DNA from: Octopus vulgaris
Lineage: Eukaryota
Assembly (NCBI GenBank): GCA_951406725.2
Contig: OX597826.1
Span: forward strand, 45,942,001 to 46,006,000
Reading direction: 5' to 3'
DNA: 64,000 bases
In this document: positions 1-12,305 of the stretch, piece after piece
Layout: each line of letters begins with the position of its first letter
Numbering within the stretch: the first letter of the stretch is position 1
Notes under the pieces: generated by a model
Told to the model about the DNA's origin: nothing
What the model saw: only the letters and a program-made list of their open reading frames with translations
Databases searched by the model: none
Translations under genes and position numbers: made by a program

Positions 1-431
1 GCGCATGATCTAAAATATCATATTTGCATCATAAAGACTGGAAAACAGTGAGTTGGCAGAATCGTTACTACGCTGGCATTTCATCCGGTTCTTTATACTC
101 TGAGTTCAAATGCCGCCGAGGTCTACTTTGCCTTTCATTCTTTTGTGGGTCGATAAGATAAGTACCAATTGAGCACTGGGGTCGATTCAATCAACTAACT
201 CTCTCCTTCAAAATTTCAGGCTTTGTGTCTATAATAGAAAGAATTATTATAAAGAATGTGTAAGTGATACAAAGATGCCGGATCAAAATGCCTTGATGAG
301 TATAATTATATCCGGAGGATTTTTATCTAACCTGGTAGTCTAATTGTGCAAATCAGTCAATACTATTGAGTGTGTTTTAGGTAAAGCTACGGTTTTAATT
401 AAGTCTATCCGGAGTTGGCTCTCTTCAGTAT

Positions 432-474
432 TTCCCATTGATAACAGCTAAAGAGCTAGAAACGCGTTTGGAAA
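432..474 (+). ncRNA. Decayed hammerhead motif
   Basis: UUCCCA-UUGAUAA-CAGCU AAAG AGCUA-GAAACGCGUU-UGGAAA. Stems are recognisable but the core has two substitutions. Confidence 0.4.
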
Positions 475-655
475 CCCGACAAGGGAAGCACTGGACATGT
501 AGTGTTATTACACCTTTTTACCATAAGAGAGAGTTTTTTTCTTCACTGTAATTGTAGTGAATTTATCTTTAGAAGTTAAAACATGTCACAAATATTTTAA
601 CTAACCTAAAATTCACTTATACCTAAACACTGCTTGGTGCTGATACTGATGTAGT

Positions 656-704
<49 letters not shown>

Positions 705-826
705 CATGAATACGTATATACATATATATATACATACATATATACATATACATATATACACATACATATATATACATATATACACATACATATATATACA
801 CATATATACATATACATATATAATGT

Positions 827-861
<35 letters not shown>

Positions 862-916
862 CATATGTATAAATATATATATACATACATATATATATAT
901 ACATATGTATAAATAT

Positions 917-1217
917 GTGACCGTGACCGACCAGGCTATCAGATGTTGTTACACATCGCTGGTCACAATGTGCTTCGCATTGTTTTAGCCTTCAAATGAC
1001 GCCACCCCGCTGGCTAAGCGAGCAGGCCAACAGAAGAAAGAGTGAGAGAAAGTTGTGAAAGAGTACAGCAGTGATCGCCACCACCCCCTGCCGGAGCCTC
1101 GTGGAGCTTTAGGTGTTTTCGCCCAATAAACACCCACAACGCCCGGTCTGGGAATCGAAACCGCGATCCTACAACCGCGAGTCCGCTGCCCTAACCACTG
1201 GGCCATTGTGCCTCCAC
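917..1217 (-). mobile_element. tRNA-headed SINE, family C
   Basis: Head GGAGGCACAATGGCCCAGTGGTTAGGGCAGCGGACTCGCGG with A-box and B-box-like motifs. Near-identical to 17178-17475. Confidence 0.85.
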
Positions 1218-1241
1218 ATGTATAATTATACGTATATGCAT

Positions 1242-1272
<31 letters not shown>

Positions 1273-1339
1273 CACACATATATATATGTCTCGTCTTGTG
1301 TGCGTGTTCATGTGGCTGAGTCGGTTCTGTGAGTTTCTG

Positions 1340-2900
1340 TGTGTGTGAAACAGCACCCTTTAGAATTTATCTGTTTTGTACCACATGTTTATTGTTTACT
1401 TTATCACAAATTTTCTGCAGTCTCTGTATCTAGACCAGGTTTGTCTCGGCATCTAGAGCAAGTTTCATTGGCGTCCTTACTTATGATATCATTTAACTTC
1501 TTGTCCTCCTTGTACACCTTGACCCTATCTCTCTGATTGTAGTCAGAGACCTGCATGCGGTGCATAACGTTCTGTGTGTCTCTCTTTGCTTCACAGGGCT
1601 CGCGCAAGGAGGATATGTCGTTCATTAACCCAACTAAATCCGCTATAAGTACGTTTATCGATACATTGTGTGATATAGACGAGTTCTTATGAATGACATA
1701 TTTGGAAGATATGGGTTTCATGTAATTTGTGTAGAGGAGTTAAACCCTGTTGTTTGTAGTCTGTAACCAAAGTTCAGTATCGAGGACACTGAGTATATTG
1801 TTAGCGGGGCCGGATTTAAGCTAATTCGACAGATTTGTTCAAATTGGGTCCTGAGCCAAGAGAGGGCGCCACCCACACGCTCAAGTGGAGGATGCTATGA
1901 TTAATTTATAGTATATCATTGTGGATTTTTGGCTAGGATTGGCGTACAACACGAAGTATAAAGCATCAATCTTCAGCTTTTGTAGAGTAAAGTGTCCCAT
2001 TGACAATTCTCTAATTGGGCCCCGCACTTCCTAGCGCCGGTTCTAATTGTCAGGGTGTCTAGTAGAGGAATCTATCGTTACCCTAATACTCTAATGGATG
2101 GAGTTAGCTATGCTATGGATGCTTTCCATCGTACTCCTCTCGGCTTCCTCGGTATGACCACATGGTATTATCCTAATTAGATATGTGATATCATCTACAT
2201 ATCTATAGTTTTGTATTACAGCCATAGAGAAGGCGGTGAAATGGTAGAACCATTACCACGCCGGGCACCAATGCTTAGCAGCGTTTCACCCGTCTTTACG
2301 TTCTGCCGAGGTCGACTTTGCCTTCCATCCTTTCGGACGCGATAAAATAAGTACCAGTTGAACACTGGGGTCGATGTATTCGCCTTGGCCCCTCCCACAA
2401 ACCTACTAGCCTTGTGCCAAATATTGAAGCCAGTATCACGGTCACAGAGTGTCCATCAAGAGCTGCTTCCCTTTTTTGTCCCACCAGATCATGAAGAAGC
2501 AAGCGACGTCCCCAGCCACACCGATACCAATGGCTGCTCCTTGAATCTGCATATATATTATTGAATGTGATTATGTGGTTCGTCAAAGCAATTTTTATGC
2601 TGGCGTCTATCGCATGTGCAATCATCTTTCTCTCCTGATTGTTATTCTCTGGATTTCTGAATATGTAATGCTTCTTGCATTATTACAATCATTATAATGT
2701 AAAAGACTGAAAACGCTATCTGTCAGAGTTAATAGAGTGCAGGATAATATGCCTTATGGGGGTTCCATTACGTCCCTTTTTGTATGATCTAATACATATA
2801 ACTAGATTGTCATCTGTCATATAACAGGTAACTTTCTATTCTTATGCCATTGGGTGTAATATCAGAAAATATGGCATACTTACGATAACTATAATTTAAC
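1340..2900 (-). mobile_element. Decayed Penelope-like retroelement reverse transcriptase, interrupted by a SINE and a MITE
   Basis: The minus strand gives, in order, NHIITFNN..QIQGAAIGIGVAGDVACFFMIWWDK (~2570-2470), YRYVDDITY (~2205-2180), ANSIH*SIRVTID, SVLDTELW (~1790-1767) and YMKPISSKYVIHKNSS..RMQVSDY. These are PLE-type RT motifs 4-7 and thumb, with stops and frameshifts. Confidence 0.8.
1804..2044. mobile_element. Old hAT-like MITE inserted into the Penelope-like RT
   Basis: Degenerate GGGCCGG...CCGG termini and an imperfect 8-bp TSD (TATTGTTA 1796-1803 / AATTGTCA 2045-2052). RT homology resumes on both sides. Confidence 0.5.
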
Positions 2901-3128
2901 TTCTGACGCTTATACAAAATAATGGATCGAAAGCTAATTTTCAAAAGGAAATATTTATTACTTTAAAATAAAATGAAATAAAACAAAATAAAGATATACA
3001 TATTCATTCATAATACGTTCCGGCAGATTCGAACTTGAATATGCTAACCTCTGTTGTATTTTGTTCACGGAGAGCAATTTATCTCTATTTCTTATTTCTA
3101 TAACTCCTCAAATTCTGTCATTTACTTC

Positions 3129-3159
<31 letters not shown>

Positions 3160-3906
3160 CATACATACATACATACATACATACACAGGAGGGGAGAGAG
3201 AGACAGACAGGCAGACAGGTAGGTAGGCAGACAGATAGATAGATTGATAGATATGCCTATGCGGTCTACGCGTGTACACAGAGACAGAGAGAAATAAAGA
3301 AACGGAGAAAGAGGGGGAGAGAGGAGAGGAAATATTTACTAGAAAATACGTACCGAAGAAATGCCAAATGCCGTCAAGCTTATGTTGAAAGAAATAGTTT
3401 ATTTAATGGTTTAGAAGCAACGCAATAATGTCGATAAGTACAAAGTAGTGATAGTGGTGACTTTGGTATATTTGCTGCCTTAGAAATTTCTTCACTCGCA
3501 AAACACAACTTTGCCAAGTGACACATATAGAAGATGAAAAAGAGATCAGACATCAAACATGTTAAACCAATAAATGTTTATGACCTACAAAGAAGAATTA
3601 TTAGAGAAAATAGTAGAGGGGGCTATCTTTTATCTTTTCACTTGTTGCAGCAATACTGGGGCACCGCCTTGAAGAACTTTTAGTCAATTGAATCGACCCC
3701 AATACTTGTTTTTTTAAAACCTGATCCATATTCTGTCGGTATAATAGTGCGTAACCGCTAAGTTATGGAGACGTAAATACACCAACGTTGGTTGTCGAGT
3801 GGTGATGAGAGGAGAGGCAAACGCAAATACAAACACACACACACATATATAATTGTTAAAGAGCGTTAAGGCAAGCGTTAAGGCAAGGCAAGCATCTCAA
3901 GTCATA

Positions 3907-4324
3907 TACTCTTTTACTCTTTTACTTGTTTCAGTCATTTGACTGCGGCCATGCTGGAGCACCGCCTTTAATCGAGGAACTCGACCCCGGGACTTATTCT
4001 TTGTAAGCCCAGTACTTATTCTATCGGTCTCTTTTTGCCGAGCCGCTAAGTAACGGGGACATAAACACACCAGCATCGGTTGTCAAGCAATGCTGGGGGG
4101 ACAAACACAGACACACAAACACACACACGCATATATATATATATATACATATATACGACGGGCTTCTTTCAGTTTCCGTCTACCAAATCCACTCACAAGG
4201 CTTTGGTCAGCCCGAGGCTATAGTAGAAGACACTTGCCCAAGGTGCCACGCAGTGGGACTGAACCCGGAACCATGTGGTTGATAGACAAGCTAACCACAC
4301 AGCCACACAGCCACTCCTGCGCCT
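3907..4324 (-). mobile_element. tRNA-headed SINE, family A, full length
   Basis: Head GGCGCAGGAGTGGCTGTGTGG..GGTTCAGTCCC, central (TA)/(TG) microsatellite, tail GGCGGTGCTCCAGCATGGCCGCAGTCAAATGACTGAAAC plus (AGTAAAAG)n. More than ten related copies lie in the window. Confidence 0.9.
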
Positions 4325-4690
4325 ATATACATTATTATTATTGGAAAAACTTTCAAAGTCTTATAGCTGTTTCTGGGATATCCCAGAGTATGGGATATTC
4401 CGTCATTAGAGACAAATAGGGAAAAGGATACATACATACATACAAGTGCTCGGGCTAAAGTTGATGATCTTTGATGTCACTTTTTCATTTTTTTGTCAAG
4501 AACAGCTTGATGCATTGGTGAACAGTCAACGGTGTTGGAGGGCGGAAAGACTAAAGTTGTAGTTGAGAGAAACCTAGCTGACTTGTAGGGCTGGAATCCA
4601 TCTGAATAGAGGTAAAAACTTAACTGTATCATGATGATTCGCATCGGGTGTCAAAATGTGGACATCCTGACTGCTGCTAAATGCTCTTTG

Positions 4691-5018
4691 GTGAGGGCGC
4701 GTGGCTTAGTGGTTAGGGCATTCGGCTCATGATCGTAAGGTTGTGAGTTCGATTCCCAGCGACGCGTTGTGTTCTTGAGCAAGACACTTTATTTCACGTT
4801 GCTCCAGTCCACTCAGCTGGCAAAAATGAGTTGTACCTGTATTTCAAAGGCCCAGCCTTGTCACACTCTGTGTCACGCTGAATCTCCTTGCGAACTACGT
4901 TAAGGGTACACGTGTCTGTGGAATGCTCAGCCAATTTGCACGTTAATTTCACGAGCAAGCTGTTCCGTTGATCGTATCAGCTGGGACTCTCGTCGTCGTA
5001 ACCGACGGAGTGCTCCTT
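4691..5018 (+). mobile_element. tRNA-headed SINE, family D, with 13-bp TSD
   Basis: A box TGGCTTAGTGG and B box GAGTTCGATTCC. TSD TAAATGCTCTTTG at 4678-4690 and 5019-5031. Relatives at 32217-32535 (+) and 9255-9415 (-). Confidence 0.9.
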
Positions 5019-5031
5019 TAAATGCTCTTTG

Positions 5032-5735
5032 AATACTGTAAAGACTGTAAGACGAGACATAAACATCCTGAAAACCAAGTGACGGTCTTTGGGCGTATCT
5101 ACAGTGAGGGAGACGTCACGCCGCCCAACATCTTTGAAGAGAGCTTTAGGCGGCTCAGTTCAAGTGGCTATATGAAGGTTTTGGATACTTTAGTCAAAAC
5201 CTGACTGGTGAGGGTTGCTACTATGTTATATCCGTGGCTGTGGGATTCGGCTCCTTGCTCCGAAAAAGGTTAGAAGTGGTTGTCGGGGAATTTCTACGAC
5301 TTCCCCAGCCCAAATTTCTGGCGTCCTAATCCCTCCGATTGTAATCCTTTGTAGTTGTTGTTGTTAAGCAACAAGACGGGTAAGGGTGAGGGTGATTAGG
5401 TGATGGTCTAGGGCTTAGGGGCGGAAGACCCCAAACCTTGGAAAAAAACAAACTTTGGTCGTCTTGTTGTAGTCGAGGGCTCTTCGTTGACGCCCGACAC
5501 CACTGGGAGGTGGCCCTCGAAGTAGCTGGAAATGGAGATCTCCAGGTTCAAATTCTTGAACGGCTAATCCTTTGTATAGGTCGCAGTTGAGAAAGACACC
5601 GACCGCTCTGTCTATAATACCAAGACCGATCTGGTGGCCAAGATCAAGGAAACAGGGACGAACGTATGCACTAGGTTCCAGAGTTGCCACGTGGCTCTGG
5701 TAGAAGCTGGGGGATGGGCGAATACTTTGAGGAAA
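5032..5735 (+). mobile_element. Decayed Tc1/mariner (maT-like) transposase remnant
   Basis: Reads KHP..VTVFG..SEGDVTPPNIFE..YMKVLDTLVK, DSAP, FWRPNPSDCNP (WPPxSPDLNP-like). After an insertion it continues VEKDTDRSVYNTKTDLVAKIKE..VCTRFQS..VEAGG. Confidence 0.7.
5354..5564 (-). mobile_element. ~210-bp short retroposon with (CAA)n tail and 12-bp TSD
   Basis: TSD TAATCCTTTGTA at 5342-5353 and 5565-5576. A second copy with the same 5' start lies at 63464-63674. Confidence 0.85.
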
Positions 5736-5839
5736 CTCTTATCTTCCAGCCATAATCTTGTTGATATGTTTTGACTTTTTAAAATACTTCCATTTTGGGA
5801 TAGGTTATCATTGTGCTTTCATTTCATTTCATTTTTTTT

Positions 5840-6147
5840 CTCGCCCTTTTCAAGCCTAGCCAGGCTCATGGGCCCGATTTCCCGGTTTCTGTGGCGTAGG
5901 TGTTCCCTCCAGCTGGACGGGACGCCAGTCCATCGCAGCGTTACTCAAGAAACAGGAAGAGAGTGTGAGAGAAAGTTGCCATGAAGGAGTACAACAGGGG
6001 TTGCCACCACCACCCTGCCGGAGCCTTGTGGAGCTTTTAGATGTTTTCGCTCAATAAACACACACTCAACGCCCGGTGTGGGAATCGAAACTGCGATCCT
6101 CTGACAGCGAGTCCGCTGCCCTAACTACTGGGCCATTGCGCCTCCAC
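5840..6147 (-). mobile_element. SINE family C, alternative-tail variant
   Basis: Same tRNA-like head as 917-1217, but the 3' half contains CTGCGATGGACTGGCGTCCCGTCCAG. Relatives at 25186-25482 and 55962-56250. Confidence 0.8.
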
Positions 6148-6192
6148 CATTTCATTTAATGCACACTATCAAATATAGCTCGAACGCCGCGC

Positions 6193-6223
<31 letters not shown>

Positions 6224-6339
6224 TGTGTGTGCCGAAAGATAGACAGAGAAAGAGAGATTACAGACTGTCAGTAAGTGTCCAACCTGTTTTGTGGAGCTCA
6301 TCTTTTCAAGATTGGCACCGAACCATTTAGTCACGCAGC

Positions 6340-6557
6340 CAGGAGTGGCTGTGTGGTAAGTAGCTTGCTTACCAGCCACCTGGTCCCGGGTTCAGTCCCA
6401 CTACGTGGCACCTTGGGCAAGTATCTTCTACTATAGCCTCGAGCCGACCAAAACTTTGTGAATGGATTTGGTAGACGGAAACTGAAAGAAGCCTGTTGTA
6501 TATAATTTGTATATGTTGTTTATACACCTGTCTTCGTCTTTTGGTTTTCTGTAAATT

Positions 6558-6609
<52 letters not shown>

Positions 6610-6826
6610 TTGTGTTTGTACCCCCACCCAACATCGCTTGACAACCGACGTTGGTGTGTTTACGTTCCTGTAACTTAGCGGTTCGGCAAAAGAGACCGAT
6701 AGAGTAAATAATAGGCTTACAAAGAATAAGTCCTGGGGTCGATTTGTTCGACTAAAGGCGGTGCTCCAGCATGGCCGCAGTCAAATGACTGAAACAAATA
6801 AAAAAAAATTAAAAGAATGAAAGAAA
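6340..6826 (+). mobile_element. SINE family A copy
   Basis: Matches 3907-4324 in reverse orientation, with an expanded central (TA)n. Confidence 0.88.
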
Positions 6827-7329
6827 GTAATTTTGACAGCTTGTAGCCCTAATTTTTTGATTAGAAGTGTTCTTCCTACTTTGTGAAACCCATCTTTTCG
6901 AGATAGGCACCCAACCATTTAGCCACGTAGTGATATACTCTTATGATTAATTGCTGAAATTTAAAAGTGTAATCCGGATGTAGTTACTGCAGATTTCTTA
7001 TCAATTCAGCATAGATGCTTTGTCATTCATCTTTAACACGAGGATGCCTAAAATAATCAAGTATTTATCCATAAGAAACAACGCGGCTCTGTTAACAGGA
7101 TACGAGCCATGGTATCCATCTTCCGCTAGTAAACCATCATTTTCTTGACTCGGCCATTAGTATCTTTTCAGTCCAGAGAAAAGTAGTGCCCATGATCCAT
7201 CACACAGGGTCCGAGAAGAATTGCAGAAATGGGGTGAAGGTATCCTCTTACTGGAAACCTAGCTCAGGTGCTTGAATAGGATGGACGGCACAAAAAAAAA
7301 CCCTAAAGTACAAGGTGGTAGTGTTAAAC

Positions 7330-7563
7330 AAGGCAGCGAGCTGGCAGAAACGTAAGCATGCCGGACGAAATGCGTAGCCGTATTTCGTCTGCCGTTACGT
7401 TCTGAGTTCAAATTCCGCCGAGGTCGACTTTGCCTTTCATCCTTTCGGGGTCGATTAAATGAGTACCAGTTACGCACTGGGGTCGATATAATCGACTTAA
7501 TCCGTTTGTCTGTCCTTGTTGGTCCTCTCTGTGTTTAGCTCCTTGTGGGTAGTAAAGAAATAG
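7330..7563 (+). mobile_element. SINE family B copy
   Basis: GGC(A/G)GCGAGCTGGCAGAAACG..GAGTTCAAATTCC (B box)..GCCTTTCATCCTTTCGGGGTCGAT..CTTGTGGGTAGTAAAGAAATA. Other copies at ~48-245, 2225-2432, 10700-10932, 13796-14021(-), 23390-23626(-), 25680-25902(-), 32737-32970, 46446-46681, 48957-49182 and 49675-49900. Confidence 0.9.
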
Positions 7564-7919
7564 GTGGTATTGTTAAACCGGATGGAGGGATATGTAAGTA
7601 CATAATCCACGCGCGTTATGGCAGGACTTGACACATAACACAAAAAGCTATTACAAATACAGAACGGCATCCGGTCCAATGACCTTATGGTTCCGCCAAT
7701 CATCTGCCTTGGATTGGTGGTATTTTTGTTTCTTTTTTGTTTTTATCGATAAATGGCATTTTTATGAAAAGCAAAGTTGGCTTCGGCCGGATTTAAATTT
7801 ATAAAAAAGGGAATCAGAAGAAATGTCGTGAAACTTTCTCTCGCGGTTCTGCTAACTCGTTGCCAACGACACGATTTTGGTTTACCTTTTGTATTAAACA
7901 AAAGGGTTAACAAAACAAT

Positions 7920-8067
7920 TAGGATACACTAAACATCACATGACTAGGTGTCTGAATGCCTCTCTTGGGCTCGTGATCACTCGCTTTGTTCTATAGGATA
8001 CACTAAACATCACATGACTAGGTGTCTGAATGCCTCTCTTGGGCTCGTGATCACTCGCTTTGTTCTA
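7920..8067. repeat. Perfect tandem duplication, 2 x 74 bp
   Basis: TAGGATACACTAAAC...CTTTGTTCTA starts at 7920 and again at 7994. Confidence 0.92.
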
Positions 8068-8075
8068 TGGTTCCT

Positions 8076-8159
8076 TTTCTGAAGATTCCCAGAAATTCTG
8101 CTGCCTGCTGAACAAAGCATTCAAGAATAACTAAAGAACGGGCGTGAAACGTTGTCAAA
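8076..8159 (+). ncRNA. Possible hammerhead motif
   Basis: UUU-CUGAAGA-UUCCC...GGGCGU-GAAACGUUGUC-AAA. Stem II is imperfect. Confidence 0.45.
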
Positions 8160-8285
8160 TACCGAAAATGTCAAAGAGACGGAGATAAATGACGAGTTCT
8201 TGCAGAGTTTTAGGAAGAATCTCAGCAGGATTTATTTCTTGAATTAATAGTTCCCAAGTCAACACACACGTGCGCGCGCTAACAC

Positions 8286-8337
<52 letters not shown>

Positions 8338-8946
8338 TACAGACAATTACACAAAAAAAACCCTTCTTCATCGCCATACAAATATATACACACACGCACA
8401 TACATATACATGTGTTAGCACGCGCACGTGTGTCTGTGCGTGCGTGTGTGTACACAAATATATATATGTGTGTGTGTAGGGAACCCTGATGTAGATATAA
8501 TATTTATGTAAATGTCTGTCATACAGTGTCACATGTGATTGTGTATGTCTGTGTATAAATATACGTATATGAATATATATGTGTGTGTGTGTGCGTATTT
8601 ACACAATTAACAATAAGTGTTTTAATATGTATATAAAAATAAGTGTTGACTGAATAACGGATTCAACACGTGTAATGTCTGAATTCTGTTTTAATCTAAT
8701 TGTTAGTGACTTCGAAATTTCGTGCAGTATTTTCCTTAATCAAAGAATGGCAATTTGAATGGAATGAGTCAAATAGACAGCAATGTTTCGAAGTCCCTGT
8801 CAATAGAATCATAATTAATATATGTGAGTACGTGTGTGTGCCTGTCTGTAAATATATAACTGTATGTATATGTATGCATATGTGTGTGTGTGTGCGTGCT
8901 TGTGTGTGTGTATGTGTGTGTATGTGTGTGTGTGTGTGCGTGTGTG

Positions 8947-8977
<31 letters not shown>

Positions 8978-9464
8978 CTGTGTGTGTATGTGTGTGTGTA
9001 GTCGAAGATTTTTCGGCTTTGATAAAATAGTATATTCTTTTCTTCTTTTAGTTGCTTCGGTCATTAGACTGCGGCCATGTTGGGGCACCGCCTTGAAGAG
9101 TTCAGGTCAGTCGAAAAACTTGACCCCAGTTCTTCTCTTTATTTTAAAGCCTAGTACTTATTCTGTTGGTCTCTTTTTGCCGAACCGCTGGGATACGGAG
9201 ACGTAAACAAACCAGTTCTCTACTACCGGGTATGAGGCAGCGGTAGAGAACTATCACTCCGTCGGTTACGACAACGAGGTTTCCAGTTGATCAGATCAAC
9301 GGAACAGCCTACTGGTGAAAGTAACGTTCAAGTGGCTGGGCACTCTACAGACGTAGTTCTCGCAGTGGTTCAGCGTGACACAAAATATGACAAAGTTGAA
9401 CCTTAGAAATACAGGTTCATCTTTGAACTTCTCTGCATTAAGATCTGAAATATAAGATCTTCCC

Positions 9465-9586
9465 TGCTCTGATGACGGAGGCTCGTCGTACCCACTGTTA
9501 ATTGCATCCGTACGGCTGCATATTGTGATGAACTAAATCTACCAACATTATTATGGATTACCGAGCCCCCAGAAACAGCTGTTGGG
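9465..9586 (+). ncRNA. Hammerhead-like motif in a Penelope-type terminal repeat
   Basis: CUGAUGA-C-GGAGGCUCG...CGAGCCCCC-A-GAAACAGCUGUU. A paralogue lies at 15838-15930. Confidence 0.6.
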
Positions 9587-9731
9587 TTTACAACACCTTT
9601 CTTCCACTACTTTAATTTTCTCTGTTGTTTGCACTTTATGTAAGTTGGACCTATTAATGTAAATATCTATATGTTTATACGTTAAAATTCATTATCTGAA
9701 AGTTTCTACCTTTTGCTTTCTCTCGTTTTGC

Positions 9732-9814
<83 letters not shown>

Positions 9815-9825
9815 GATAGATAGAT

Positions 9826-9876
<51 letters not shown>

Positions 9877-9935
9877 TTTTGTATTTGATGTATTTAATAT
9901 ATTTTCTGTATCTAATTTGTGTATCTGCATAATTG

Positions 9936-9971
<36 letters not shown>

Positions 9972-10076
9972 CTATCCCTTTCTGTATGTATATGTATATA
10001 TATATATACACATACATATACATATACATGCATACATACATGCATACATACATACATACATACATACATACATACA

Positions 10077-10107
<31 letters not shown>

Positions 10108-10165
10108 GTACATAGAGGGAGAAAAAGAAGAAGAGAGATAGAGAGAATATAAAGAGAGTCAGGAA

Positions 10166-10225
<60 letters not shown>

Positions 10226-11335
10226 CTGACACTGAGAAAAGTCGGTTACAAAAATCGGCGTCAACAGCATTCATAATAGAAGACCTCACACCCTTCTCAC
10301 GATTAAGAACCATGGGAAGAATTTCTCTCGTGGCGTGCCCCTTTTATGGCGAAATATGTATTTATTCAAACATTGGAATGTTTGTATTAAAATGTGCTAT
10401 TTTTAAATTTTAAATAATATTTTACTTACTTTTTACGCTTTTGTTTTTCTGTCTATAGCATTTACTATCATGTACTGTCTACAATAAGAATTTTTGCCCT
10501 CTAAAAGCTTCGAAATTGTCGAGTATTTTGGGAAGAAAACTTAGTCTATGTTATAAACCTCCTTTACGAGATGATAAAGTGTCTCTTACGATTTCTATTT
10601 CAAGCCACTTCCATTGACTTAACAGTTATTGCTCTTAAAAACGGCATGGATTTCACAATCTCCAAAATATTTGCTCATTTAATATTTATGATACAATGAA
10701 GGCGGCGAACTGGCAGAAACGTTAGCACGCTGGGCGTAATGCCTACCGATATTTAGTCTGCCGCTACGCTCTGAGTTCAAATTCCACCGATGTCGACTTT
10801 GCCTTTTATCCTTTCGGGGTCGATTAAATAAGTACCAGTTACGCACTGGGGTCGATATAATCGACTTAATCTGTTTGTCTGTCCTTGTTTGTCCTCTCTG
10901 TGTTTAGCTCCTTGTGGGTAGTAAAGAAATAGGTATGTCTGTAGTCGCAAGGAATGGACGAAAGCGCTAATTAAAGAATTATCCAAAATTTTGACTGGTT
11001 TTTTCTTCTTAATCTACAAAAATCTGTACATCACTTCTGTACATCCCAGTACTTATTCTATCGGTGTATTTTGCCGAACCGCTAAGTTACGGGGACGCAA
11101 ACACACCAGCATCGATTGTCAAGCGATGTTGGGGGGACAAACATATACACATACATATATATACACATATATACGACGGGCTTCTTTCAGGTTCCGTCTA
11201 CCAAATCCACTCACAAGGCTTTGGTCGGCCCGAGGCTATAGTAGAAGACACTTGCCCAAGGTGCCACGCAGTGGGACTGAACTCGGAACCATGTGGTTGT
11301 TAAACAAGCTACTTACCACACAGCCACTCATATAT

Positions 11336-11515
11336 ATAAAACTTATAAACAGTTTTTCTATGCTAATATTCTCAGAACAGACTTTAAATCGTCAATTTCC
11401 ACATTTCACTATCCTGTTGTATAATGAAATGTGGAAATTGACGATTTAAAGTCTGTTATCAGCATATTGGCATAGAAAAACTTTTTCTTTTGCCCTTGTT
11501 TATAAGTTGTTTATA
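11336..11515. repeat. Fold-back hairpin (MITE-like)
   Basis: Perfect 33-bp arms at 11376-11408 and 11425-11457, extended outward by TTTTTCTATGC/GCATAGAAAAA and ACTTATAAACA/TGTTTATAAGT. Confidence 0.85.
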
Positions 11516-11615
11516 CTTTTAAACTTCTTTATAGGTATTTTAATATGCCGCCACTTTTGATGAAATTTTTTCTGAAATTTTTTTTATCCTATATTAGTAG
11601 TAGTAGTAGTAGCAT

Positions 11616-11688
<73 letters not shown>

Positions 11689-11770
11689 CACGCACACATG
11701 CCGCTAGTTTAGTCGTTTCGACTTACGTCATTTCCGAAGATTCGTCGGTCTTTCTAAAATATTAAATAAA

Positions 11771-12168
11771 TCTTTATATATAAAAGTAAGGTTGTGTGCT
11801 GTCTGTCTCCTACGATTTAGATTCCTGACTACTCCCACATTTTGCGGTGCAGTTTAACCAAAACCGGGTATCTTATAGTCGTGATTCATATCGAGCCTTT
11901 CTCGGTATTAGCGCGTGTCTACGATGAGTCTACGATTTAAAAAAAAAATTACCATCAATTTTTCCCATTTTTAATGCATTTTTGACACATAAAAGGGAAG
12001 TAACTCTCTAAAAGTTTATTATTAAATCTCAGAACGTAAAAAGCTACAGTAACCCCCCCCCACCTTTGTGGTTAACCATATTGAGATGGCTATTATACTT
12101 TACATCTCTAAAAATGCTTATATAGTTATTTCCCTACAAACCCGAGCAACGCCGGGCGATACTGCTAG
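11771..12168 (+). mobile_element. Non-autonomous Helitron
   Basis: 5' A|TC start (TCTTTATATATAAAAG), subterminal hairpin CCCGAGCAACGCCGGG, 3' CTAG|T end and no TSD. Confidence 0.82.
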
Positions 12169-12305
12169 TATTAAATATAGTATTAATTTACGTCACATGA
12201 CAAAACAGCAATAACGTACTATACTGTACTGTTAGTTCCGGTTTGTATCGATCGGTTACTTTCGTATTCATCTCCAGAAATAAATTTTAAAAAAAGCAAT
12301 ACAAA

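Noticed and set aside
4090-4419. Recurrent ORFs MLGGQTQTH.. / RRASFSFRLPNPLTRLWSARG.. at many loci
   Set aside because: They are antisense translations of SINE-A copies. Frames and stops differ between copies.
4691-4765. tRNA-like sequences (also at 17178, 28320-28386 and 52178)
   Set aside because: The acceptor stems do not close, and each runs into a repeat body. They are SINE heads, not tRNA genes.
7920-8067. CRISPR-like array
   Set aside because: There are two adjacent units with no spacers, and the context is eukaryotic with no cas genes anywhere.
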